Shown here: piece after piece, positions 1 to 12,135 of the stretch
How positions within the stretch are numbered: the stretch's first letter is position 1
Layout: each line of letters starts with the position of its first letter
Source of the DNA: Amoebidium appalachense
Taxonomy: Eukaryota > Protista > Ichthyosporea
Direction: 5' to 3'
DNA: 64,000 nucleotides
Assembly: GCA_963693365.1 (NCBI GenBank)
Contig: CAVNZM010000007.1
Coordinates: 9,607,962 to 9,671,961 of the forward strand
Notes under the pieces: model-generated
Database searches by the model: none
The model's input: the letters and a program-made list of their open reading frames with translations, nothing else
What the model was told of the DNA's origin: nothing
Program-made: the position numbers and the translations under genes

Positions 1-300
1 GGAAGGAAAACGTTTCCTACTTGCAGCAAAAGCATAGCCCATTCTGCAGGAAGCTCAGACCGGGGAGAAGGCGGAGGAGGGGGGGGGAACCTGAGTTCAC
101 TGTGTGTAACACAAAGCGAAACGTAGTGGGGTATAAAGTGTGTGCTATAACGGCCTGTGTGCTATAACGGCCAAAAAGCAACTATAGCAACGCCATGGAA
201 TGTGGGGTGAGCTCTACTTCTACACAGCTCACCAATTCTATCTCAAAAGGGTTAGGACAGGACAGGAGAGGAGGGGAGGGCGGGGGGTTTTGCTGGCGGG

Positions 301-345
<45 letters not shown>

Positions 346-386
346 GGGGGGGGGGGGGGGGGGGGGGAGGGGGTGGTGGTGGTGGT

Positions 387-429
<43 letters not shown>

Positions 430-2402
430 CTCGGAAGTGGAGGTGGTGCATCAATGCGAGGACCAAGTACATCTAAGGACCTCGCCGCACGACCCAACTC
501 AGAGCACCCAACCAACAGCTCAGCTCCAGAGCTCAGTGCGAGCAAGCCTTGAATGTGCAAAACACGTTCCAAAAACACGTTTAACTTACTGACCTTGTAC
601 AGTCTAGGACCTCAGCCTTCCTTGCAACCAATTCCAGGCGGCAAGGTCCTTAGCTTGCCTGTCGAGCAAGCAGTCTCAAGATCTTTTTTTTTTTTTTTTT
701 TTTTTTTTGAATAACAATAGAAACGTTTCAGGTGCTCTGTCTTCGTTACACACTTACATATTACGTGTGGAATTGCCACCTGATTAACAAGAAGTGCAGA
801 CAAATTTTACCAGAAGAAGCCCTGTCTTCAAACGAAGTATTGGCTCTAAATACACCAATGTAACCTTGGTCACTGTTGCACGCTGAGGTAAAACTGATAC
901 AGCTTCAACTTCATGATGTGGCACGCTCGCATGAGTCTCCCTAAACTTTACCATTGTTGGATGCTCAGGGTCACATGCCTTGCCAGACGCCGCCAGGTGC
1001 TCGTTTTGCTGTAATAATGGCTCTCCTCTCGTCTTATGAGTTTTTTTTTTTTTTTTTAAAGTAAACCCCATGCACGATATTATTATATGTGCATAGAAAA
1101 ATAAACAAGCGTTATGTTTTAATATTTACCTGCGGAGGCAGGCGCCGCGTGACTATCCGTGACGCCTCTGAGCCCGGGGTTTTCTGAGCCCCAGAAAACC
1201 GCCTGCCCCAGCACCCCACCACCCGATTCGGAATCACGATCTTGAAATATCAGCTGGCTCGTGCATTCGAAGCTTTTGATAGGTTGGCAAAACTAGTCTC
1301 GATACACCCTACACAAGGGTGTCAAGATTCTAGGGGTGTCTAATATCACTGACACTAAAGAATTGCCCTTCTTTCAACTGACACTAGAGGTAGAGCTAAA
1401 CATGGATGCACATGTATGCAATCATTTTCCAAAAACAAAAACAAATAGAAAAATTTTTAACTCTATTTATGGGGAAAAAAATGGACAATGCGTCATCCCC
1501 ATACGCTACAGATATTCAAGCCAAGTTTTACAGGAAAATCAGCTTAGAAAATTGTGTTACGCAATTTTTTGGGGGGGACCATTCTATCTTTCCGAGCGCC
1601 GCATCATGTCAGTGCCCATGCAGGAATGCTCACGTTGTGATATATAATCATTTATCATGCGTGATGAAAATCTCCGTTTAAATTGGCTTGTCTTTTGCCT
1701 CTAATATATTACCTAGAACCTCCCCAATTTCAAAAAAAAAAAAAACTTCCGGTCCCATCTTCGAATATTTAGGAGCAGTTGACCCGCTAGATCAGAAAGC
1801 AAGAAATGTAAATGTGTTGGCCATGGTGAATGTTTTTTCAAAAGTTACATACAGGCAAATGTTGCTATCAAAGCAGTTTTCCAAAAGACTATTCGTTTCC
1901 ATAATCATTATTATAGATAATTCAATTTGGTTATCTGAGCGATTCCCATTGCTGAATTGAATTACTAATAGTTAGTTAAATCTCCTCTCGTACAAATATT
2001 TTTCTTGATTATGAAATTTGACAACAAGATATCCCCCCCAGGCAGTTCTGAGACCGTTCTTGCCAATGGATCTATCTGGCCGACTCTCTGCACAAAGCCC
2101 ATGCATATCAACACCGAAAGGTCCGGAGTAGAGTAGGGTCCGGAGTCCGAAGTACTGTATAAGAGACTACCTCCGCATCATAGTGTAGCCTATAGCACCA
2201 TTAGCAGAAGTATATACTCACCAATTAGCGTAGTAACAGAGAGGGTTTCCACGTTTTGTAAACTGCACTTTAGCCGCGTGGCAAATACACACCGTGTACA
2301 CTTCAGAAGTTGTGCAATGAATTTTTGTTTTTTCCCATTCAGGGCCCTGACCAGACATTTCCGTTTTTTCCACTGATTCGGTGTTTGAACGCACAACGGC
2401 AG

Positions 2403-5400
2403 ATGGGAAAACAGCGGCCCCCTCGGCCACCCTCCACAGAAACCTTGTCGGGGCAGCCAAATAACGTGATTGTCAGCTATGGAAGACCAAATAGTTATTC
2501 GCGACAGCGCAGCAGCACCTCGAGTGAGAGCACTGAAAAGCCATCACGCAAACGTGAGTTGACGCGGGAGAAGGCGGAGAAGGAAAACAAGCGCTTTCAG
2601 GCCTTGAGGAAAGAGCGCACTAACTACTTGGCTGAGCTCAAAAAGGTATATGGGCTTGGTATGAAAGTTTTGCTGCGGTGTTTTGAGTGCGTTACACCAC
2701 GTTTTTGGTCCCAGCTTGCTCTAAAGCATAGTTTCTAGTGGTGAGGCCTACACGAAACAGTGTGTCAGCTCAAGTTGGCGACAGTCTTTACTGGCTCTCT
2801 TTGTAAGCGACGTAGAAGCCGAGGCGAACCTGACTAAGCTATATAGGCTGAAAGATGATGATGTACGTTTTAAGTACCAAGAGCTTGGCACACTGTTGAA
2901 ATTTAAAATGTGTGCTTGATGGTGAGCACATAGATGCATTCAAGGGGCCGTTTGGGCTTGCTGGGTGCATCTACCTCTGCTTTTTTTGAGCTACTGGTGG
3001 CTATCTTTCTTGCACGAGGCAGTTGTGAGCGTGTTGGTGTGGCTTGGGTCCAGCTTCCCTGCATTGAGACCTTGTGGTGTGGGTGTGCACATGTGTAGGT
3101 CCTGTGCCTGTATAGTTTGCATGTATGCATCCTTGTGTTGAAATAGTGTGATCTTCACAACACAAGCAGTCATGCGTGGGTCTATGGCATGGTTAAGGCA
3201 TGCAATATCATCGCCCAATCCCTCCCTCCCCCCCCCCCCCCCCCCCCCCCTTCACCCCCTCACCCCCTCCTCCGTCCGTCGTTCCCCAGTCCCCTCTACA
3301 GGTCTTAACCTGCTCCTTTTCAAATACTCTTTCTCTGTGCGTGCGGGTGAACGAGCTGAGTGCAGGGCTACTTGTGGCGCTATGTAGGGAACAGGATGTT
3401 GAGCATTTGTACAAGAAATAGGAATTTTTTTGGTCCGGAAACTAGTTCTTTGCTGACAAAGGCACATGCAGCTGTTGCCGGAAGCCAATTCCAAGCATGC
3501 AGTTGGCACATTGCAGGCAGCCATCGACTTTCTGTTGGAGCAGAGAGAGAGCCCGCAAGGTGGGTATTGTTGCATGTTTTGGTTTTGATCCTTATTGTGC
3601 GTTGAATAAGCAGCCGCCAGTCCGCGAAGTATTTGCACGTCAGTTTTCTGGTTTAGGACAGGTTCTGAATACCTGACTCTTATTTTTTGCACAGATGAGC
3701 TTTCTCTGTGGGAGGACTCCCTGTTGCAGATTACCGACCGGGCGGCCTTCATCCTTAACTGGACGGGCAAGATGCTGTGCCTGACGCCTGCCTGTTGCCG
3801 TCTTCTCCAGGTGTGTTGTGCTTTGGGCCTGTCTGGTTGGCTGGTTTCTGCTGTTGTTGCTGGTCGGGTTGGGCAACTCGTCCCGGCTCGGACGTGTGTA
3901 CATCGTGTTGGCAGCGCCGGGGAGCTGTTTTCGTTGGGGAAGCGTGTTCTGTATAGTTGTTGCGGGGTGTTGTCTGCTGCTTCCCCCTCTACCCCCCCCC
4001 CCCCCTTCCCCTTTTTCGTTGGGGTGGCTGTGGGTGTGTGTGTGGGGGGGGGGGGGGGGGGAAGGGGGAGGTGGGGGGGAGGGGAAGGGGGATGGTAGGG
4101 GGAGGACTGGGTGTGTGTGGGGGGAGGGGAGGGGGGGAGATGCAGCTGGGTCTTGTCAACCCTGGTCTTCCCACACGAAGAGTGATTTTCCTGATGCCTG
4201 GGTTTGCTGATTTTGTGCTTTATCGCATGCTTTGTTCTTCCGTTGTGTTTTGTTTTTGACATGCCTTTTCCTGTGCAGTTTCGGAACGATGAGATGGTGG
4301 ACAAGAGTATATTGGAGTTTGTCTACTGGAAGCATGTGCCTATCATTATGGCATGGCTCTTTAAGGTGAGTTGGACGACCTAGCCCCGCCCCCCTCCCCT
4401 ATCCCTCGAGAAAGGAAGGAGGAGACAGAGGCACACACAAAACACACGCACACACACACACGCATACATGCACGTACAAACACGAGCGCACACACACACA
4501 CGCACAAACAGCCTAACAACACATACACTCGGGTGCGCATGCGGAGAGCACGCTTGTGCGCACACATGCGTACTTGCAGATATCCATGCACGCACACACT
4601 TACACACATAAATACGCACATGCACGCACACATGCTTGACATACCCACCCACTCACACAGACACACGGACACATGCACATGCACATATGTCACACAAAAA
4701 GGTGCTGGTACACACACACAGAGAGAGAGAAAGAGAGAGGGACAGAGAGAGAGAGAGAGGGAGGGAGGGAGAGAGAGAGAGAGAGAGAGAGAAAGAAAGA
4801 GACGGACAGACAGACACACATACACAAACACATGTAGAGCATGCATGCACGCACGCACATATACGCACGCACGTTCCAAACATCTTCTCATGAGTTTGAA
4901 AGAGTTGCAACAAAACCATGTGCACAACAGACCGAAACACTTGGAATGGAAGCAGTAGACTATAACAGAAGTGTGCTTGGATATGGGGTCTCTTACGTTT
5001 TTTTGCGTAAACGTAATGATCTGGACCCATATACGTGGGATAAATGTGAATGGGTGGGTGGGTGTGGGGGGCGGGACAGGGCTGTTGGCTTAAAGAGATC
5101 GAGAATTTCGGAATGGGGGGGGAGGGGGGGGGGGGGGGGGGGGGGGAGGGGGGCTTAGCTGATTAGTGAATGGATTGGTTGACCAACTTAACAATGAATT
5201 TCCCATACTCCCAATATTGCATGCAGGCTCAATATTCGTGCATGCTGAAAACTTTTGGAATTCTGTTGAATCTGTATTTTTTTCTTACATCAGTTACAGC
5301 TCTGCATTTAATTTTTTTTCTGTGGTTTTCGTTGCATCCATGAGCGCCTTCCTCTCCTTCTCAAACACCACCACCACCACCACGCATACGCGCACGCACA

Positions 5401-5480
5401 CGCACACGTGCAACCGCACACACAGGCACAGGCACAGGCACAGGCACACGCCCATGCGCATGCGCACACACACACACAAG

Positions 5481-5541
<61 letters not shown>

Positions 5542-6176
5542 ACACACACACACAAACACACATACACAACACCACCATCACCACCACCACCACTGTTACC
5601 GGAGGGATTCATAAATACAGGTTATTCTATACGATAAAAGGAAAAGTGGAAAGGAAATGAGCAATTTTTTCCACCCCGCAGGCGGGTGATTCAGAGGAGA
5701 GTTTCTTTATGCGCACCAAGGTGAGTGCTAACCATATCTCTTGTGCCTGTGTGGGCACATGACTTTGTGGGTGTGCCAACAGTGGTGCTGGTGTGCAAAT
5801 TTGAGGTGTCATGGGGCCGTTATTTGTCCTCATAATCCTCTCCTCCCCTATGGGCTGTGGTTATGGCACGTGTTATTAGTGCCCCCCCCCCCCCCCGTCT
5901 TTGATCAAGACGGGTTGACCCACCCAAGTTCAGTTGATGCTGCTGTCTGAGTTGGAGCGTCGTATATACGCGGGCTAAGGGGTCGAAACTCAGACGCAAT
6001 TGATGACTTGGGCCCTCCCTGAGGATGGGCTCTGCTTATGACGCATACTGTGCGCATGGCTGATGCTGCATACTTGAATGTTTGCCTTTGCATGTGTCCT
6101 GCACCATGCTTCTCATCGTGTATGCGTACTTCGTACTGTGTTCCGCATTCAAACCCCCCCCCCCCCCCCCCCCCCC

Positions 6177-6207
<31 letters not shown>

Positions 6208-8776
6208 CGCACGCAGGCACGCTACATACATACATACATACATACATACATACATACATGCATGCATGCATGCATGCACACATGCGCGCGCGCACGCACG
6301 CACACACACACACGCACAAATAAGGGCATGCCCAAGCAAAAGTATGAGTAGAAAAACACCCGTCACCTTCTCCTTCCGCCCTTCTTTCTTCCCACTTTTT
6401 TTTCCTTTCCCTTTTGAAGATTCTTGCTTCCAGAGCGGTTTGCGCAGCCAGTCGACTCACCCTTCCTGTAATCTACCCGATCTCTAACGGTCTGACACTG
6501 CAGGACGGCAAGTATGTCAAGGTGACAGCCAGCAGGAGACTGGTCAAAAACATCATCAAGGGGGACGTGTTTGTGTGCGCCATCAACTCACACTCAGAGC
6601 CTCTGACACCCTCAGGTATGCTGCTGTGTGTTTTTGTTCTGTTCTGCACCCACTCAGGACACACGATTGACATTGCTCTATATGTCATCTCCCTGAAAGA
6701 ACCATGCATGGCTCGTTCAGCGCTCAAACACCCGTGTAGAGATACATTCATGTGGTACCAGTCGTTGTTCTTTTCTGACCAGATCTATATGTGGTTCCGC
6801 TTTTCCTTTCTTCTACGATGCATGTGTACTTTTGCTTCGACTGTTTGTTCAGTTTTTCTTTTTATTCATTCCTTGCAACAGTTGTGTTTTCTCTCTGCTA
6901 ACACATATGTTGTGGCCCAGTGCTACCCACCGTGAGTCGGAAGAGCCAGCGATTACGCTATGAGGTGTGGTCCCTTCATGACATGACCATGAACACCATC
7001 TTCCTGTGGGCTACAACTGAGAGTAGGTGTCCTGCATTCCCTTTAACACCAACACACATGCGCATGCGCACACACACACACACATACACTCACACTCACT
7101 CACTCACACACACACAAACACACAAACACACACACACATAGGCCCATCTTGGCCGTGCGTGCGTGCGCAAACACACACACACATGTGGTGCACTCACGTT
7201 AGCACCCCCCTCTCTCTCTCTCTCCCCTTCTCTCCCTCCCCCCCTCTCCCCCTCTCCCCTCCCCCCACCCCCACCGCGCGCACTACACATGCCCATACAT
7301 GGCTCCTTGCCAGTGTCATTTCATGCATGCATTCCTCTACACCAGACACCCAACCCTTCATGCATCTCACGAGCAGACACACCATCCAGCCTGACTGTTC
7401 ATTGGCCCGTGGGCCTTATTGTATCACCAACTATGTGTGTTGCAACCTCTGAACCATGTATGTGCACCCACGCACAGAACAGATTGGCGGATAAGAGGTC
7501 CTGGGGGGACTCTTGTAATTGGTGGATGGAAGGTTTTAGGGAACTTGATGCGATTGGTGGATAAGAGTATCTAGGGGGCCAGGTGTGATTGGTTGATGGG
7601 AAGATGCTAGGGGGCCTGGTGTGATCATTGGGTGAGAGGATCTAGGGGGCCTGATGTGATTTGTGATACAGGTGTGCACGGGATACCGACTGAGGAGTGG
7701 CAGAAGGGCCGGGTGATGCCGCAGGCCATCATGTACCCTGACGATGCCATGGTCTGCAACCAGCTCGTGCAGTCCGTATTCCCCCCCCCCCTCCCCCCCC
7801 CCCCCCCCCCCTTGTGTTAGTTTTTTTTTTGGCATTTCTCTACGTTATGTTGTCCGTTGTGTGAATGTATAGCATACTGCACGCAAGATTTATACCCCTT
7901 TTCCCCTCTCTGCCCTCGTGATTTCTTGTAGAAAAGCAGATGGGATGAACTGCTTTAAATTTTTTTATTTTTTTATTTTTTTTGGGGGGGGGGGGGGGAG
8001 GGGGAGGGGGGGAGGGGGGACGTGTTTGTTTAGTGTCTGCTGCGCCCCAGGGAGGTTGGGGGGGGAGGGGGGGGGGAGGAGGGGGGGGTAGGCTTGTTGC
8101 ACGATCCAAGCAGCCTCCTTTTCTTTTGCACACTGATGGCCACTCGTGGGATCATATCCTGCTTGGGTTCTGTGCACTCAGTATGTGTGTGTGTGTGTGC
8201 AAGCAGTGTTGATGCATTTCCTGCTCTCACCTGATGCCCCCTCGTTCTTCATTTTTAGTGCAAGAGGATGTTTAGTATTGCTATTATATTAGTCGCTCAC
8301 CAACCAATCACTGCACAGGAGATCCTTTGCGCATGGGTGCCGTGCCCTGATTGGCTCACGCATGATCAACCAACGGGATGGCTTTTGGGAGGTCGGCCAG
8401 GGCGAAATTTTGCCGTGGTATTGTTTCTTCCCCCCCCCCTCCCTCCCCCCCCCCCCCCCCCCCCCCCCCCAAACCCACCCACCCAGCCTCTAGATCCTCC
8501 TTCCCAATCAACCCCTCTGTCTCTCTCTCCCTCCCCCCCCCCCCCCCCTCCCTCCCTCCCTCCCTCCCTCCCTCCCTCCCTCCCTCCCTCCCTCTCTCTC
8601 TCTCTCTCTCTCTCGTCCGTCCCACCCCTCTCATCCACTCTCGGTGTGCTTTTTTTGGGGGGGCTGAAAACGGAGGGAGGAAAAGTGAGAAAGCGGATGG
8701 AAAGGATGCAAAGAGGATACGGGCAATCTTTGTCGTATGCAAAGAGCTGCACGGACACCATATCCATCCGTCCACT

Positions 8777-8851
<75 letters not shown>

Positions 8852-9388
8852 ACAAAAAAAAAGATGAAAGAAAAATATATGAACTGGTGCCCAACTGCTT
8901 GCCCATACACTCCCCCCTCCGCCTCAAGCACAGACAGACACCCCACCAGCTGGCATCCATTTTTCACCTGTTGCACGTGTCATTGCCTGTGTGTTCGTGT
9001 GCCTACCTGTGTGCCGTTTGGTAAGCCTCTGTCTTTCGTTTTGTCGTTGTTTCTCCCTCGCAAACAGGCTTAGTGCAATTCTCCGTGTGTTTGCTCATAC
9101 AGTAGAGGTAGAAAAACAATTGAGATGTACCCCCTGCCTGCACCTGTGATTCTCTGGTCTGTTCACGTGGTTGCCCATGCCCATCCCTCTTCTCTTACTG
9201 CGCCCTGCAGGGGGGGGGGGGGAGGCGGGGAAGGGGACGGGGGGAGGGGGGGGGGGGGGGGGTTGAGGGTGGTGTTGATGTGTTGGTGGGGGCACAGTGT
9301 GGACAAGCAGGGCAACCTGTTTGCGTTTATTTCTCATGCAAGAGACTGCGAGATGGACGAGATGCAAAACAGGTACGCACATATCAAT

Positions 9389-9419
<31 letters not shown>

Positions 9420-9524
9420 CCCTGCGCGAGGGTGCCTTTACGCCTATATCGACATTTTTTTGCTAAATGGATGGCATTGTCATAATTGTTCGATCGGAGA
9501 GCCACAATGTCTTCTTGCCACTTA

Positions 9525-9599
<75 letters not shown>

Positions 9600-10071
9600 G
9601 TGCGCGTGCGCGTGTGCGTGTGCGTGTTCGTGTGCGTGTGCGTGTGTGCGTGCGTGCGTGTGTGTGTGTGAGTCTCTATCTGCGCGTCGCGGATCTGCCG
9701 GTTTGCTAGTTGCAATATCATGCAAGGCTAGGCATAGCGAACACATTCCGAGGGTTGCGCTTTTTTCCCCCTTTTGCCTGCTGACATCACGTCATTCTGA
9801 CACTGTTGTTTGACTGGTTTGTGCTGACCAATGGGAACAGACTTGTGGAGGAAGACACGCAGATTGTGGGCACCCTGGACACGGCTATGCACTTTCTGAC
9901 TGAAAAACTCTCCGAAACAAAGTGGGTGCGCCTGTAATACTCCCCTTGGGACATGACAATCACCATGTGTGTGTGCGCGCACATGCGCGTGCATCTGTGC
10001 GTGCGGGCATGCTTGCGTGTGGTGTGGTTAGGCCGGTAGGCGGTGGTGCCCGGGGGGGGGGGGGGGAGGGG

Positions 10072-10111
<40 letters not shown>

Positions 10112-10208
10112 GTAGAGTACGTGCTTGCAGCGTTGTAGTCAACTTTTGTGTGTACGTGTGGCTGTATGTGTGGATCATAGGCTGACGGTCCTGCATCTCG
10201 GGGGGGAA

Positions 10209-10252
<44 letters not shown>

Positions 10253-10973
10253 AAGACCCTAATCACGACATGCAACTCTTGCACACACAACACACACACA
10301 CACACGTGCGTGCACGCATGCGCGCACACACACTGGTTATCTCTTCGCATCTTCCTCCGATTTTCTGATGCCGTTTCACGTGTGGTCGGTGTAGGCAAAT
10401 TTCCCCCATCCCCCCCCCCCCCCCCCCCCCCCCCATTTTGTAGCATTTTTCAGCCATCTATATCCTCCCCCTAACCTCTTATGTTCCAGGATACGCGCCG
10501 AGAAAGAAGCCATCGACAACCTTACGCGCGAAGCAGTGGAAGAGGAAAAACTGCTCAAAGAGCACTCCCGTCTATTGGAAGCAATGAGGTCAGTACGCCG
10601 GCCAGGGATATCCAACCGGACATCCCCACGTAACGTCTCCCACATACACCGCAGCCCCTCCGAGGCATCCACAGTCACATCGCCCCCGAGTGTATCTTCG
10701 ATGTCTGCCCTCATATCTCCCACCCCACCAGAGCCTGACATGAGAGTACGTGCCCCGAGCACAGATAGCACACAGCAACTTGGGTTGGATGATGATATTG
10801 CACGCCTGTGGGCGGGGCTCAACCATGCAGACCCCAGCGAGACACACACACACACACACACACACGACATCTACGTGCCCCCCACTACCGTGCCTGCTGC
10901 TACACACCCATCCAGGGGGGTGTTCCGTTTGCATCATCCGAACTGGTTCGGCAAGGACAAGGCCCGGATTTGA
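2403..10973 (+). CDS. bHLH-PAS transcription factor (bHLH + PAS-A + PAS-B/PAC + low-complexity C-terminus), multi-exon
   Basis: Phase-compatible GT-AG exons: 2403-2645, 3472-3559, 3695-3810, 4279-4365, 5682-5720, 6504-6615, 6921-7022, 7672-~7775, [one or more unresolved exons at ~7.8-9.3 kb], 9298-9372, 9841-9921, 10490-10973. Spliced HLH: [13 protein letters not shown]|[28 protein letters not shown]: [39 protein letters not shown]|[21 protein letters not shown]...SFFMRTK|DGKYVKV. PAS-B: EVWSLHD...GIPTEEW...MYPDD. PAC-like: [16 protein letters not shown]. The true stop may be 11242 if the G-run near 10915 contains an indel. Confidence 0.75.
5897..6153 (+). mobile_element. Copy A of a dispersed poly(C)-terminated retroposon-like repeat (5'-truncated)
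   Basis: Near-identical to the reverse complement of 35690-35947 and 36337-36577. Ends ...TTCCGCATTCAAA followed by a long C run and is also preceded by a C run. Confidence 0.75.
7571..7660. repeat. ~36-bp intronic minisatellite, about 2.5 copies
   Basis: CTAGGGGGCC(A/T)G(G/A)TGTGAT recurs at 7571, 7607 and 7642, just upstream of the exon at 7672. Confidence 0.7.
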
Positions 10974-12039
10974 GAGGAGCCCCGCACCCAGCCACCATGT
11001 CTCATCTCGATAGCCTTCTAATGGAACAGGCCCTACTAGACAATATCCCCGTGCATGGGCCGGCAGGCAGACAACAGGCACCAACGAATAAGCGGCCGGT
11101 ATTGCCCAAGGACACACACACTGGGGGGTCCGGTGAGGGCTGGGCTGGTAGTGGGCTGGATGGGGGCACATGGGTGCCAGCAGATGAAATTGCTTGGCTG
11201 AAAGATCTGGTGGTGTTCTTGGGCCCACAGCCCCACCACTAATGCCTCTTTACTTTCCTTTTTGCAGTTTTTTTTTTTTTTTCCCTCCCTTCCTGCCTGC
11301 TAGTGGTCTGATGATTTCGTGAGTCTGGTACATGTGCACTGGGGGAGGGGGGGGGGGGGGGGGGGGGGGGGATCTCTTAGGCACGATTGAATGTTTCTTA
11401 TAACATAAGAATGAATGAGGGGCGTTCAGAACCATATACCCATATAGCTAACTGCTAAATATAGTCCGTAGATCTATGTGCCTGCACATGCATATGTACA
11501 TGCTTGTGTTTGTTTAACTCACTAATGAAGATATGAACAATGATTTTGGCAGTCGGTACTTGAGTTTAACTTATCCCGGACCCTAAAGACACAGTCAATC
11601 TATCCACTTGGGGATGTATGTTTTTGTTGGTGCATTTACTACCTAGTGGATAACGATTTATATTAATATATATTAATAGGTCTAAGGTTTTCTAACAGGA
11701 ACCGTCCCGTAGGTGGCTATGAAATAGTCTACTGGTCTGGACGCTACATAAATTATGAACTAGCAATTAGACCGGATAAGCCGGGTGCCTATGTGTGCAC
11801 TTGTTATCGAATGTGGTAAATAAACATATTATTTCCAACCACAAAATCCACACATGAACAGGCGACATGCACATACCCGCGGGTCCAGAGACACACACAA
11901 AGGTGCACCGTGACATGTGTGCGCATACAAGGGCACACAGGTACGAAAAATGTGTGACACGCATGCGCAGCTCGTGCACACAAACAAGCCTGTACATCCA
12001 CATACACCACAAACATGGGCGTGCACGCGTACACACCCG

Positions 12040-12135
<96 letters not shown>

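Noticed and set aside
1090-2060. AT-rich segment that looks transposon-derived
   Set aside because: No TIR pair, TSD or transposase motif could be identified.
2786-2863. Alternative second exon for the bHLH ([26 protein letters not shown])
   Set aside because: The exon at 3472-3559 gives a better helix-loop-helix, has a branch-site-like CTGAC and the correct phase for the next exon.
5983-6030. Hammerhead-like words CGAAAC and CTGAGGA in the poly(C) element
   Set aside because: I could not build stems II/III and the cleavage triplet in a valid hammerhead topology, and CTGA is not kept in the diverged copy at 45.8 kb.
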